This document shows positions 27,001 through 34,839 of a DNA stretch of 54,113 nt, in pieces. The notes under the pieces are model-generated. The model had not been told where the DNA came from and made no database searches. It saw nothing but the letters and a program-made list of their open reading frames with translations. Origin of the DNA: a virus (Duplodnaviria; Caudoviricetes); the IMG/VR virus record IMGVR_UViG_3300021962_000141, positions 1 through 54,113 of that record. The stretch is one strand, 5' to 3'. The translations under genes were made by a program, and so were the position numbers. Numbering within the stretch: the first letter of the stretch is position 1; every line of letters begins with the position of its first letter.

Positions 27001-29094
27001 ATCAGCAGATAGGCGTGTAAAAATAAATTCTTTAATTAAATTCTGTAAGAATGTATAGCTGGCAATCTCGGGAATCCTAGAACCGTCAACTTGGAATACT
27101 CCATCGATATAATATTTTTGTGCGATCCGTCTAGATTCTTCGTTACCATTATTTTCCAAGTCATAGATTAAAGCGTCAATAACATAACCAGAATCTCTAA
27201 TACATTTTGCCGAATCATAGGTATAGCCTTTAAACACTACAACTTCATCGATAACTGATGTCTTACCAGTTGTTATGGCATTAAATGCTGTCTGTAATGC
27301 CGATGTAGCAAATGTAATGCTAGGTACAGTTCTAACAATGCCAGACAAAATAGTGTTTGCCTGTGTCTGTGTAGTAGCTGCCACAACGTCAGCAGTAATC
27401 TGGACTAGATTTTGACAGAAAATAGCATCACTAGAACTAGCAGCAGGGAAAGTTTGATTTTGTGTTAGGGTATTTCCTGTGGTTTTTGCCACAAATTGAT
27501 TCTGTACAATCTGACCAATGACTTGTTTTAAATGCACATAGGCAGCAACAGTCTGTAATCTATGTGTTGGATCGATGCCAGACGCACCATTTGAAAAACC
27601 GTAGAAGAAAAATTTAGCTTGATCGTAGGTCGCTGAATTTCCACCATACAATATGTCATAACAAATCGCATCAATGGCATACTTAACATCACGAGAACAT
27701 TTGATAGGGTCGTGATCGGCATCGGGATATTGTTCTGCTACCCACGCATTTACTTCAGCAGCTAAGAAATTTTTGTTTGCGATTAGTTGATTTTTAGCCG
27801 CTATCCTGCTAGCTGTAGCATTGCTAGGCTCAGCTAATATTAATTCGTTAGCACTTTCTCGACCGTTTTGTATGATATCAACAACTTCGTTAAAGAAAGA
27901 ATTATTTCTTGCTACTGCGGCAGTACTAGCAGCAACGTTTGGCAATGCTGCTATCGCTGCCTTTGTTCTCTGTATGGTGTCAACAACAAAGAAATCATTG
28001 TCTAAAGAATTATATTCTGCTAGACCTAGGAATAAAGCATTATAATTTGTGCCCAGTGCGATATCATATTTTGCTCCGTCGATTAGATAACCGATGTCTC
28101 TTTCACACTTAGTAGCTTCTGTAATTTCGTTTGCGATCCACCCTACGATTTCATTTTGTAGATAGGATTTATTAAGAGTTAATAATCGAACAGCTTCGGG
28201 ATATAGTGTTACACCTGCCTGATTTTGCATTACACTGTTGATTATTAGGTTTCTTACAAATAAGTGTCCTTCGACTTCGGCCTGTCCACTACCATCAACT
28301 TGTAAAACACCGTTGGCATAATATTTTTGTATAGTCTTTCTTGTTTCTTCATTACCACCGTATCTAAGATCATGTAAGTAAGCATCAAGAACATAACCGA
28401 GATCTCGCTGACATTTTTCAGAATTAAACGTGTAATTTTCGTAAGGAGCTGTCTTATAAGAAATAGCAGGCATAGATGATAAACCATTAGCAATCACTGT
28501 GGTTGTGATCGCTGCTAGAGTATCTATTCGAGATGCTGCAGTAGTTTCAGCTGAAGGTGCTGTGTTGTATATTGCTACAGAACCCTGTAACGGCGTATAT
28601 GTATTTCGAGGCAGAATGTAGTCAGTGATTAGATCTCTAATGAATGCGTGTGTTAATACTTCAGCTTGCCTGTCACCGTCAACTTGTGGTTCGTCGTTGA
28701 TCCAATATTTTCCCACAACAACTCTAGTATCCTCATTGCCCCCGTAACGAACATCGTGTATATAGGCAGTTAGAACGTAGCCAATGTCTCGTTTACATTT
28801 AGCACTATCATAGGTGTAACCAATGAATCCAGGAACACTTGCTGTGACTTGAGCAGCGATCCATGCCGTAGCTTCTTCTTTGATAAAATTGACATTATTT
28901 TCTAATAAACGTACAGCATTAGGATATAAATTAACACCTGTGTCAATGTCAATTCTATAATTTAAATATGCTGTTAGCTCTGCTTTGATAAAAGGAACAT
29001 TATCACTAAAGCTCTGCCATTCATCCGGATATAGATTACCTAGGTAACTGATACCTGGTCTAAATGTATAATTGTCTATTTTTTTCTTTGCCAT
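21007..29094 (-). CDS. Giant virion structural protein (2695 aa)
   Basis: N-terminal helical KCxRD repeats, central G.GY..G..I.I.G..LGG..P.ND repeats, Ser/Thr-rich beta domains; among fibre genes. Confidence 0.85.
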   Translation of the reverse strand: MAKKKIDNYTFRPGISYLGNLYPDEWQSFSDNVPFIKAELTAYLNYRIDIDTGVNLYPNAVRLLENNVNFIKEEATAWIAAQVTASVPGFIGYTYDSAKCKRDIGYVLTAYIHDVRYGGNEDTRVVVGKYWINDEPQVDGDRQAEVLTHAFIRDLITDYILPRNTYTPLQGSVAIYNTAPSAETTAASRIDTLAAITTTVIANGLSSMPAISYKTAPYENYTFNSEKCQRDLGYVLDAYLHDLRYGGNEETRKTIQKYYANGVLQVDGSGQAEVEGHLFVRNLIINSVMQNQAGVTLYPEAVRLLTLNKSYLQNEIVGWIANEITEATKCERDIGYLIDGAKYDIALGTNYNALFLGLAEYNSLDNDFFVVDTIQRTKAAIAALPNVAASTAAVARNNSFFNEVVDIIQNGRESANELILAEPSNATASRIAAKNQLIANKNFLAAEVNAWVAEQYPDADHDPIKCSRDVKYAIDAICYDILYGGNSATYDQAKFFFYGFSNGASGIDPTHRLQTVAAYVHLKQVIGQIVQNQFVAKTTGNTLTQNQTFPAASSSDAIFCQNLVQITADVVAATTQTQANTILSGIVRTVPSITFATSALQTAFNAITTGKTSVIDEVVVFKGYTYDSAKCIRDSGYVIDALIYDLENNGNEESRRIAQKYYIDGVFQVDGSRIPEIASYTFLQNLIKEFIFTRLSADSYQIVYPQIKTAPSAETGSYARITELTNIFINFLETGPSSLPAVSPRTVPYQTVEEQIVDTTKSYDSEAGTIITTLSNNLVDIIEDGEDSLPAKASAGYGLIKFQGPIKLEDLLLITNTTKNVVIYNFSSNTAGGSITPEFDGDDDFVSFKQTTDRVIHLRLNSDTSTMDETDELQIFYESPEMTVRPYDFGTDAIERHRVAAPQSMLDADFEYGLQPTKWQAIGIARGYPSVYEIPGSDFQVTAIITDASFPNNGVGASTITVTTAAPHGLSVGTPVTVAGLNTAISGISRAEGSFVIVTTPTTSTFTFYAKSRVGTSSGTSLLTTYTQIRKGGFYTGASIGLPTINLLSNGTSGSFVTQYASPAATARFAVASGTIPSVGSPMNTAVGIGFGAQVTAVVGAGGIVITPTVLGDYAPTLLGLTTLTVASTTGIVIGLGADDQTGSATFVESIAGTDVTFTRPFSGAIIGNTTTYTGLEGTNEVSIGSAATFNVVGSSAGYLSVAVNSGGSDYQVGDVLRILGSDLSGTTPANDLLITVATVSSGAILTADVISGTSVLSSPDQTVNGVDNTSYTATSPDSTLGSSATFDITRSGTGFSSVINAAGTGYVKGTEFLILGTVFTANTTPANDVTIEVTQTTQAFTGLLQNSTTLSGSLAQFNITRVGATYTSLVVSFAGSGYALGEIVTIYGTQLGGNNPEHDLQIQIDNVGGSGEIVAASLVSGLLANDAAPGVISQITTAGTGDDRITVNNVPVVIVPGSGINGEFTLTRTAGGYTDVVITDGGTAYLPGNRIRILGSDLGGANTTNDAIVSVTSVNLSTGAITAATVTGTGVTGIDLDLYSSVTVSEFNTATIASGTSLGFGTLATLQIIFQEPHGIPPGGSFIVTVSSDNGSNNHALANGSFSATQIPTRNTITFQARSPGIITGAPITGVIYPRPDSFFTHRPFDGGVQLGTGGPQHGVQAIRQSKKYIRYQSGKGVMYTTGALFAPSYDVLTILATDVEVGATIEITLGDNDHGLQRGAVIRLSGVTTGGYDGDYEVDEIVTERTFRIIATKRVGSRKPTLSFSCQVSTLRWKGAVVRAGVFDDQNGIFWEYDGQTLWAVQRTSTRQLAGTISVNAGSNRITGLNSRFRDQVKAGDSVTIRGMTHIVTHVDSQTSMTVNPDYRGVNNVSNAKMSLISEVRVKQSDFNKDRLDGTGPSGYDLDIVKMQMIGIQYSWYGAGFIDFMLRGSDGNYVFAHRMRNSNVNTEAYMRTGNLPVRYEVSNYGATSRLVSNLSNTGTEVFLESVAGFPNTGIIYVDNEMIAYTGLDTDLNKLTGCSRSAQLDLFIAGATRNFTAGTAADHSTGTGVILLNNTTTPLISHWGSAFLTDGLFDFDRGYIFNYASTGISVSTTKSTAFLIRLAPSVSNAVVGDLGERELLNRAQLLLKEIAVTSDTGTGGIIVEGVLNPQNYPSNPSDIIWSGLSGVASGGQPSFAQIAPGGSVNWGGGVAQPTSTATALNTTTANVTVPNKTAFNRSSGSSFVYATQTSWNASGAAAGFAISTTDTKFQSGTTVSSVATSPSPIATTLASQTGSMSTFFRSFSTTFAQGNGVTATLFFNNPGYAPFPVNSRITVSGVQPNQYNGTYLVTGSGNNFVQFNSTATGFNNNGTISTAYVAGQTSLNITEASWNAMTNPVTATGFSVTSAFPASTTVTAVSAVQGTSPNRYYTVTMDQGLSSDLPLSSQTINTAFGGARTTTNNLFFTAASWTALPVDVPVVGTLTNDSGKFTGGTTITSISSLRTFNSVGYYSVTFSNNCIGTLSGSENITFDTIPYYTLFLSRTTASAVNANNTITMSLSQNTAVTNFVYFTQASWETLVSTYSAGAGTEVSDAKFAAGTRVASVSALRTFGGTGYYTVTFTQTSNAVVAGASTITFKFGQPPYALPGEQVFSFISLPGNSDQLDLSELKELTNTTLGGRGTFPNGPDVLAVNIYKVSGAAVNANVILRWSEAQA

Positions 29095-29103
29095 CTTTTA
29101 TCC

Positions 29104-29679
29104 TTAGGCCCCAAACGCTACTGCGAATGCGATAACTGAATTGTCTACATAATCTTTTCGAGTGGCGTGCTCTCCTGATGTCGGAACCGCACTTATCGAA
29201 ATATTTTCTACATAGGTCACTGTACCGGTAATAGTGGCAGCATCAAATGATATGTTCGCACCATCTGCGACAAACTCACCGCTAGCTCCATTATTTTCCA
29301 CAAGGTTGATCTGATATGAATCAACCTTGCCAGGAGTTGTTTGCCCTATATCGACATTGTCTATGCTTCCTGTGGTCAAGCTATTGATCACAACCCTGCC
29401 ATTTATTATTGATAAACGATTGATGTTGTTTTTCTTTAAAAGAACATCTCCGTTTACTGTTAAATTTTGTAATATTCCTAGTGTTTCTAAACTACTGTCT
29501 CTGATATTTTCTGTTATCCTACCTGCTTCGATAACACTAGCACCTGCGATACTAATCGTAGTTGAGTTGATGTTCGATGTGGTAACAGTTAATGCCGTTA
29601 GATCACCTTCTCGATCTACCAAGAATCCCGGACTTCTAAATCCAAACTCTGTTCTAAATTGTTTTGTAGTTACTGTCAT
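29104..29679 (-). CDS. Short fibre-like structural protein
   Basis: SSLETLGILQNLTV and PT..EHATRKDYVD fibre-type motifs; C-terminal IAFAVAFG like the end of 50936-54113. Confidence 0.7.
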   Translation of the reverse strand: MTVTTKQFRTEFGFRSPGFLVDREGDLTALTVTTSNINSTTISIAGASVIEAGRITENIRDSSLETLGILQNLTVNGDVLLKKNNINRLSIINGRVVINSLTTGSIDNVDIGQTTPGKVDSYQINLVENNGASGEFVADGANISFDAATITGTVTYVENISISAVPTSGEHATRKDYVDNSVIAFAVAFGA

Positions 29680-29689
29680 TTTTACCTAG

Positions 29690-29695
29690 TATTTA
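29690..29695 (-). promoter_or_regulatory. T4-like late promoter
   Basis: TAAATA 10 nt before ATG. Confidence 0.55.
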
Positions 29696-29701
29696 TTGGT
29701 G

Positions 29702-31267
29702 TTATAATCTGCCCACTACAACTTCAATGACGCCTTCTATGCCGTCAAAATCTTCGAGGGCTTTTCCAATTACTGTTCCTAATATAGGATCAGTGGACGG
29801 TCTAGCGTAACCATTACCACCACTAATCAACATGTCGCCTTTAGATATTTTTCCTCTAACTTTACAAGGAACTCTTCCCTGTAGTGCTAATTTTACAACG
29901 GTCTCTCCTCTTAGCTCATCGTTCATCACGAACGCAGGATCTGTAGATACAACACCAGCGACACGCCGAGTGGCGTCTTCTGCTAATGTTACTTCTTTGC
30001 TGCCGCCAAATTCTAAGACTGTGCCTGGTTCATAGGCGCGGTCTGCCAAATATTTTTCTGCCAAGTCCGCCCATTTTGCCGTTGCTGCGGTAACATTAAG
30101 TGTGCTGGTAACAACATCTAGTGTTACACCAGAACTGGCATAGAGGCTCTGTCCGGTAATAGTATCTGTTCCTTCCGCTATTACCATCGGATATATACCA
30201 TCGATTACTTCGGTAACAATAATTTCTGTAGCAGTTCCGCCAGTGCCACTTCCTCCTCCAGAACTGCCGGTGTTAGTAATAGTAATCCTATCACTGGTAG
30301 AATTAGTAGTTATTGATATTCCCGATCCTGCTACAAAAGTCAAAGTATCCGATGCCGAATCTGCTCGAATAGTCGACTGTCCTGCTACACTAATCGCACC
30401 GAACGCATTGGCAGATACGCCGCCACCACTGCCGCCACCAGAACTAGCCAACGTAATACTTCGATTTGAAGAATTGGTGGTTATTGTCATCCCCGAGCCG
30501 GCGATAAGTGTTAGATTATCGTTTAATGATATACTTTCAACATCATTTTCGCCTGATACAGAAATAGTGCCAAATGACTTAATTTCATAGCCGCCGACAG
30601 TGGTAGTTTCTGGAAGCTCTATTCCGCCATTTGAGTTCTTTGATATTGTTGCGCCGTCTATATTGATGGTATTTTTTAAATAAAGATCTCTAAATCTTCT
30701 TAGAGCTATACCGACATCAAATGATCCATCGACAGTTGGAGTTAATGTAGTACCAATAGCAGAAAGATCTGCTCCGCCGCCAGAATTACCGCCCCCGGGT
30801 ATACTGCCACCACTGCCACCACCACCGAGATCATCTTCATCAACGAGATAAGTCGGCGCTACTGGTCTATCTAGATCAGTTAGGGTAGCAAAATATTGAG
30901 CAAAGTAAATAGCACGAACACCTTCGTATTCCGGAATTATAGGAGATAATTTTAGACTTAGGTAACTGTCGCTGACCGTAGCAGAAACAGTAACTAGTGG
31001 ATCGTCTATCGAAGCACGGCCATAGATAGTATAGCTGGCCTGATCGGGCCTAGCTACTACTAGGATGGACATTGTTTCTTTTTTCTGAGAATTAAATTCT
31101 ATCGAAACAATGTAATGTGCGGCAGCGAAATCACCGACATACCATCTGTCAATTTCAGTGTTTTCAAAAATTTGACGCCAAGGGCCCCTGTTGTAAAAAT
31201 TCACACCGTTTTTTAAGAACAGTGTATTCTTAACTCCAGGGCCAAAATATTTGGTAAAATCAGTCAT
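29702..31267 (-). CDS. Tail fibre-type protein with C-terminal intramolecular chaperone / Peptidase G2-like domain
   Basis: ADLAEKY..D..YEPGTV, VAGVVSTDP, ALQGRVPCKV, IGKALE; two AFG.ISV.G...D.LT.VAGSG..ITT repeats. Confidence 0.8.
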   Translation of the reverse strand: MTDFTKYFGPGVKNTLFLKNGVNFYNRGPWRQIFENTEIDRWYVGDFAAAHYIVSIEFNSQKKETMSILVVARPDQASYTIYGRASIDDPLVTVSATVSDSYLSLKLSPIIPEYEGVRAIYFAQYFATLTDLDRPVAPTYLVDEDDLGGGGSGGSIPGGGNSGGGADLSAIGTTLTPTVDGSFDVGIALRRFRDLYLKNTINIDGATISKNSNGGIELPETTTVGGYEIKSFGTISVSGENDVESISLNDNLTLIAGSGMTITTNSSNRSITLASSGGGSGGGVSANAFGAISVAGQSTIRADSASDTLTFVAGSGISITTNSTSDRITITNTGSSGGGSGTGGTATEIIVTEVIDGIYPMVIAEGTDTITGQSLYASSGVTLDVVTSTLNVTAATAKWADLAEKYLADRAYEPGTVLEFGGSKEVTLAEDATRRVAGVVSTDPAFVMNDELRGETVVKLALQGRVPCKVRGKISKGDMLISGGNGYARPSTDPILGTVIGKALEDFDGIEGVIEVVVGRL

Positions 31268-31288
31268 AGTTACGCTCGTGTTATCTTA

Positions 31289-31294
31289 TATTTA
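31289..31294 (-). promoter_or_regulatory. T4-like late promoter
   Basis: TAAATA between a terminator and ATG 31267. Confidence 0.6.
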
Positions 31295-31312
31295 ACTGAT
31301 TTTTATATAAAG

Positions 31313-31340
31313 TAAAAACCCCCTAAATCGGGGGTTTTTA
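31313..31340 (-). terminator. Rho-independent terminator after carbamoyltransferase (symmetric)
   Basis: TAAAAACCCCC-N6-GGGGGTTTTTA. Confidence 0.88.
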
Positions 31341-33149
31341 TTAGCTATTGACTATCTTTATCAGCTTACCATATTCAGGCAAGAAAAGATATTCTATATC
31401 ACTTTTTACCAGCGTTTCAATGGCATCGTCTAGCGTTTCTACTAAAGGATCACCACCTAGATTAAAGCTAGTATTAAACACGATAGGAATGCCTGTTTGA
31501 TCATAAAATTCTTTGATTAGATCGTAATAATGAGGATTCTGGTCGCGTTTCACAGTCTGTATCCTACAAGTACCGTCCACGTGTATAATGCTCGGAATCT
31601 TTTCAGCTACACCAGGCTTACAATTTACTGCATACATCATGTGAGGAGTTTCGTCCATACCGCGTAGATCAAACCACTCATGAACATGTTCATGTATGAT
31701 AGATCCAGCGAATGGGCGGAAATATTCACGACGTTTAACCGTGTTTACAAAGTCCTTGCCATCTTCAAAAGTTGGGTCAAATAGCACAGAACGATTACCC
31801 AAAGCACGTGGCCCATTTTCTGAACGCCCTTGGAATATAGTAACAATATTCTTTTCACGTAGAAGTTTAACAACATCTTTGTTAGTAGCATCTAAGACTT
31901 CACCGCCAGCATATTGTACTTTTTCTTTGATTTCTCTTTCGGTATAAGTGTATTGTGGGCCTAGGTACAGCGTGTCTAGCTTTTGTTTTTCTCTACTGTC
32001 TGACAAAGCTCTCCAGAACATCATGCCAGCCCCCATAGCTGTGCCAGCGTCATTACTGATCGGTTCAACATAAAGATTAATTCCTTCATCTTTGAGCTGC
32101 TCGAGATAATGATAGTTAGCCACACAGTTTAGACCGTAACCGCCACTGATTACAACATTTTTCTTTCCGCTTAGTGCTACTGCTTTTTTAATTAAGCGGA
32201 CAACCTGTTCCTGTGTCTGTGTCTGACAAGCATAGGCAAGATCTCTGCGACTCTGTAGCTTGGTAACATCCTCGCCTTCTTTAGGTAATTCGTCAAGATA
32301 GTCAAACAAAGCACTATTGACGATAGAAGAAGATGGATAGGCAGGCACGATTAGATTCCTATTAGACAACGGAACCTTCGAAGTAAAATCGAACAACTTA
32401 GGAATCTTATCGTTGGCTTGACCATAAGGAAATAGACCCATGGTTTTTCCTGCTTCGATAGACGAAAACCCACAATATTCGGTGACAGCCTCGTAGGTCT
32501 TAACTATACCTGCTCTATCCGAAAGCCATGCTTCATGAAAATCTCCAGCTTCTCCGAACTGATCCGATGGGCACTGGTCCATGTGTGTTCCAGCGACTGG
32601 TTCTTTGGCGCCGTAATTTTTATAAAGCGTTTTAAACTGTGATGGATAGCCGCAGTCAATGATTGATTCAACTTCCCATACCCAAAGAGGTTCATTGCCG
32701 TACATCAATTGGATGAATGTACCGGCACCGTCGACGATCAATGCTACAGCATCGTCAAAGCCGCTGCGATAAAAAGCACAAGCGGCATGTAATTTATGAT
32801 GCATGAAACTTAAATCAACTACTTGAGGATGATTATAATTGTCCTCTTTACGGCTGATCAAACCTAGCTTTCTTGCTAGGCCTGTGTAGACATCGTCACC
32901 GCTAAAATCAATTCTTCCAGCAGTGTCCTGTAATTTTTGTGTGTGAGCGACTACAAGATAATCTAGTTTATCGGTATACTCGAGTATTTTAACCATAGAG
33001 GCCAACGGACCTCCGTCATACTTTTGCCTTGTTAATCGTTCTTCTTCGATGGAAAAAACGATTTCTCCGTCTTTAAAAAGGCATACACCTGCGTTATGCC
33101 CACGTGCTATGGCTGCGATCCAGCCTGAATTAAGTTTCGGTTCGTTCAT
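31341..33149 (-). CDS. Carbamoyltransferase, NodU/CmcH family
   Basis: EEERLTRQKYD, HHKLHA, IVDGAG, GKTMGL.PYG, SGG.GLNCVAN, DAGTAMGA, GRSENGPRALGNRS, KRRE.FRPFA, HVDGTCRIQTV, NTSFN. Confidence 0.95.
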   Translation of the reverse strand: MNEPKLNSGWIAAIARGHNAGVCLFKDGEIVFSIEEERLTRQKYDGGPLASMVKILEYTDKLDYLVVAHTQKLQDTAGRIDFSGDDVYTGLARKLGLISRKEDNYNHPQVVDLSFMHHKLHAACAFYRSGFDDAVALIVDGAGTFIQLMYGNEPLWVWEVESIIDCGYPSQFKTLYKNYGAKEPVAGTHMDQCPSDQFGEAGDFHEAWLSDRAGIVKTYEAVTEYCGFSSIEAGKTMGLFPYGQANDKIPKLFDFTSKVPLSNRNLIVPAYPSSSIVNSALFDYLDELPKEGEDVTKLQSRRDLAYACQTQTQEQVVRLIKKAVALSGKKNVVISGGYGLNCVANYHYLEQLKDEGINLYVEPISNDAGTAMGAGMMFWRALSDSREKQKLDTLYLGPQYTYTEREIKEKVQYAGGEVLDATNKDVVKLLREKNIVTIFQGRSENGPRALGNRSVLFDPTFEDGKDFVNTVKRREYFRPFAGSIIHEHVHEWFDLRGMDETPHMMYAVNCKPGVAEKIPSIIHVDGTCRIQTVKRDQNPHYYDLIKEFYDQTGIPIVFNTSFNLGGDPLVETLDDAIETLVKSDIEYLFLPEYGKLIKIVNS

Positions 33150-34087
33150 TTTTTATGTTTTCCTTGGACAGCTTCTACAACATACGTTTGTATTTCTGGA
33201 GTCATGGCCATGATAGATTCGTGTTTTCTATCAACTCTTTCATCCATAGTAATTCTAATAGGGCTATATTCTCTAGTTTCTTCGCCCATATCAAGCACAG
33301 TGAAAAGTTTACTGTCTGGGTATGATACATTGATCGGATATGTAGATCCGAATAACACAGTAGATGGTTTGTCAACGCAGTAGGCTAAATGTTGACCAAG
33401 ACTATCACAGCCTAGGAAATGATCAGCATATTTGATAATAGCTGCCCATTGACGCATAGAAACGTTCTCTGGCATAGCGATTTCATCTTTGAATTTTTCA
33501 TCAGTAAAGTCTATTTTAAATTCACTCATTAAGATCACGCCGTAGTCTTTTTCTTGAAGTTTTTTAATTAGGGCTTTGGTATCCTTGAATTCGATACTTC
33601 TAGAAGTAGGGTCGACTAGAGAATCATCAACTACTTGTATGCCTCTACCAAAAGGTTGGAATATAACGATCTTGCTTTTCTTCAGCTGTTTCTTAACATC
33701 ACCGATTAGCTTTCTTCCTGTAAGTAGCTCGTCCTTGCTTAAGACTAGGGTGGGTTTAGGTAAACTTCTTATACCTTTCTTATTAATCTCAATGTCAAAT
33801 GCCTGTGCTATTGAACACTGTTGGTTGTAATATTCCCAGATTCTGTAAGGTTCTGGACTCACGATATCTCGATTTTTAATCTTTTCTGCGAATAGATTTT
33901 TATGCCAAACATCGTAGGTGCGGCTGTCTAATGTAGGATGTCCTTTGAACACATCAGTGCCGCCTTCGCAGATTATGATAAAATCTTTATCGCCGGATTC
34001 TTTTTCGTATAATTCAAATGCGGGTATTGCACATAACATACGGCCCGCACCACCGTTTAGAAAAAATGCTTTAGAGCGTTGTTCCAT
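33146..34087 (-). CDS. GT-B glycosyltransferase, GT9 (heptosyltransferase)-like
   Basis: C-terminal WAAIIKYADHFLGCDSLGQHLAYCVDKPSTVLFGST matches the GT9 donor-binding signature; N-terminal GGAGR...IP. Confidence 0.8.
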   Translation of the reverse strand: MEQRSKAFFLNGGAGRMLCAIPAFELYEKESGDKDFIIICEGGTDVFKGHPTLDSRTYDVWHKNLFAEKIKNRDIVSPEPYRIWEYYNQQCSIAQAFDIEINKKGIRSLPKPTLVLSKDELLTGRKLIGDVKKQLKKSKIVIFQPFGRGIQVVDDSLVDPTSRSIEFKDTKALIKKLQEKDYGVILMSEFKIDFTDEKFKDEIAMPENVSMRQWAAIIKYADHFLGCDSLGQHLAYCVDKPSTVLFGSTYPINVSYPDSKLFTVLDMGEETREYSPIRITMDERVDRKHESIMAMTPEIQTYVVEAVQGKHKK

Positions 34088-34092
34088 TTAAA

Positions 34093-34162
34093 CTCCAAGA
34101 AAATAGGTTCTGTCTTACTATGTATCACTACAATAATAACACAGAACCTAATCTTGGTTCAA
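34093..34162 (-). promoter_or_regulatory. sigma70-like promoter within a long inverted repeat that reaches the GT9 SD
   Basis: TTGAAC-N18-(TGn)TATTAT; TAGGTTCTGT/ACAGAACCTA and CCAAGA/TCTTGG arms; SD GGAG at 34093-34096. Confidence 0.6.
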
Positions 34163-34169
34163 TGGTTTT

Positions 34170-34817
34170 TTAATAATATGTTGGTATATTATTTGAAAAT
34201 GGGATTTTCCAATGATCGATTCCTGCGTATCGTCTTTCCAAATCACGCAACCATGCTACATGTTCTTCAAGTGCTTCGCGATCCTCGTCTGAGTAGTCGT
34301 TAGCCTGTAGACTCTGTTCAATCTGATTAGCCATTCTTAGATAATTTTCAATCATGCTTGCTTTGGTTACAGCATGTAATCTGTATTCAGGACCAACAAA
34401 TTGATTGTTAACATATTTTAATGACTGACCATAAAAACATTGTCCGATCGCTCCTGTGTTATCATCGTAATGATATTCATAGGACCATGTGTTACCGTCG
34501 GCATCTGTTAGATTATCTACGAAGTTTGGGACTTCCCCTGTTTCGTAGCTGTGTAAAAGATAGGCCGCAGCGAACGGATGTTGACCGGCATCAATCTTAT
34601 AAAAAGTAGTTGCTGGATCGTCGTCTGTAAGATTATCAAAATCTAATTCAGCTTCGGTTTCTCCGCGTCTAGCAACGTATTTGATTTCGCCTGTTGCGTC
34701 GATAACACAGATAGCGAAATAACGCGGACCTGTGTAGACCGCATTCTGTACCTTGTTTAGAGCCGTGGTGTTTTTGTATGGCTCATCTGGTAGTAAAAAT
34801 GTAAAATTTTTTCTCAT
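34170..34817 (-). CDS. Hypothetical protein, C-terminus like tail-fibre assembly chaperones
   Basis: ALEEHVAWLRDL...W.IPF resembles the YRQ.LRDLP...WP motif; follows the Cys-rich genes; SD GAGG. Confidence 0.6.
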   Translation of the reverse strand: MRKNFTFLLPDEPYKNTTALNKVQNAVYTGPRYFAICVIDATGEIKYVARRGETEAELDFDNLTDDDPATTFYKIDAGQHPFAAAYLLHSYETGEVPNFVDNLTDADGNTWSYEYHYDDNTGAIGQCFYGQSLKYVNNQFVGPEYRLHAVTKASMIENYLRMANQIEQSLQANDYSDEDREALEEHVAWLRDLERRYAGIDHWKIPFSNNIPTYY

Positions 34818-34833
34818 AATCTTCCTCTAACAC

Positions 34834-34839
34834 TATTTA
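34834..34839 (-). promoter_or_regulatory. Possible late promoter overlapping the upstream TAA stop
   Basis: TAAATA 16 nt before ATG 34817. Confidence 0.45.
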
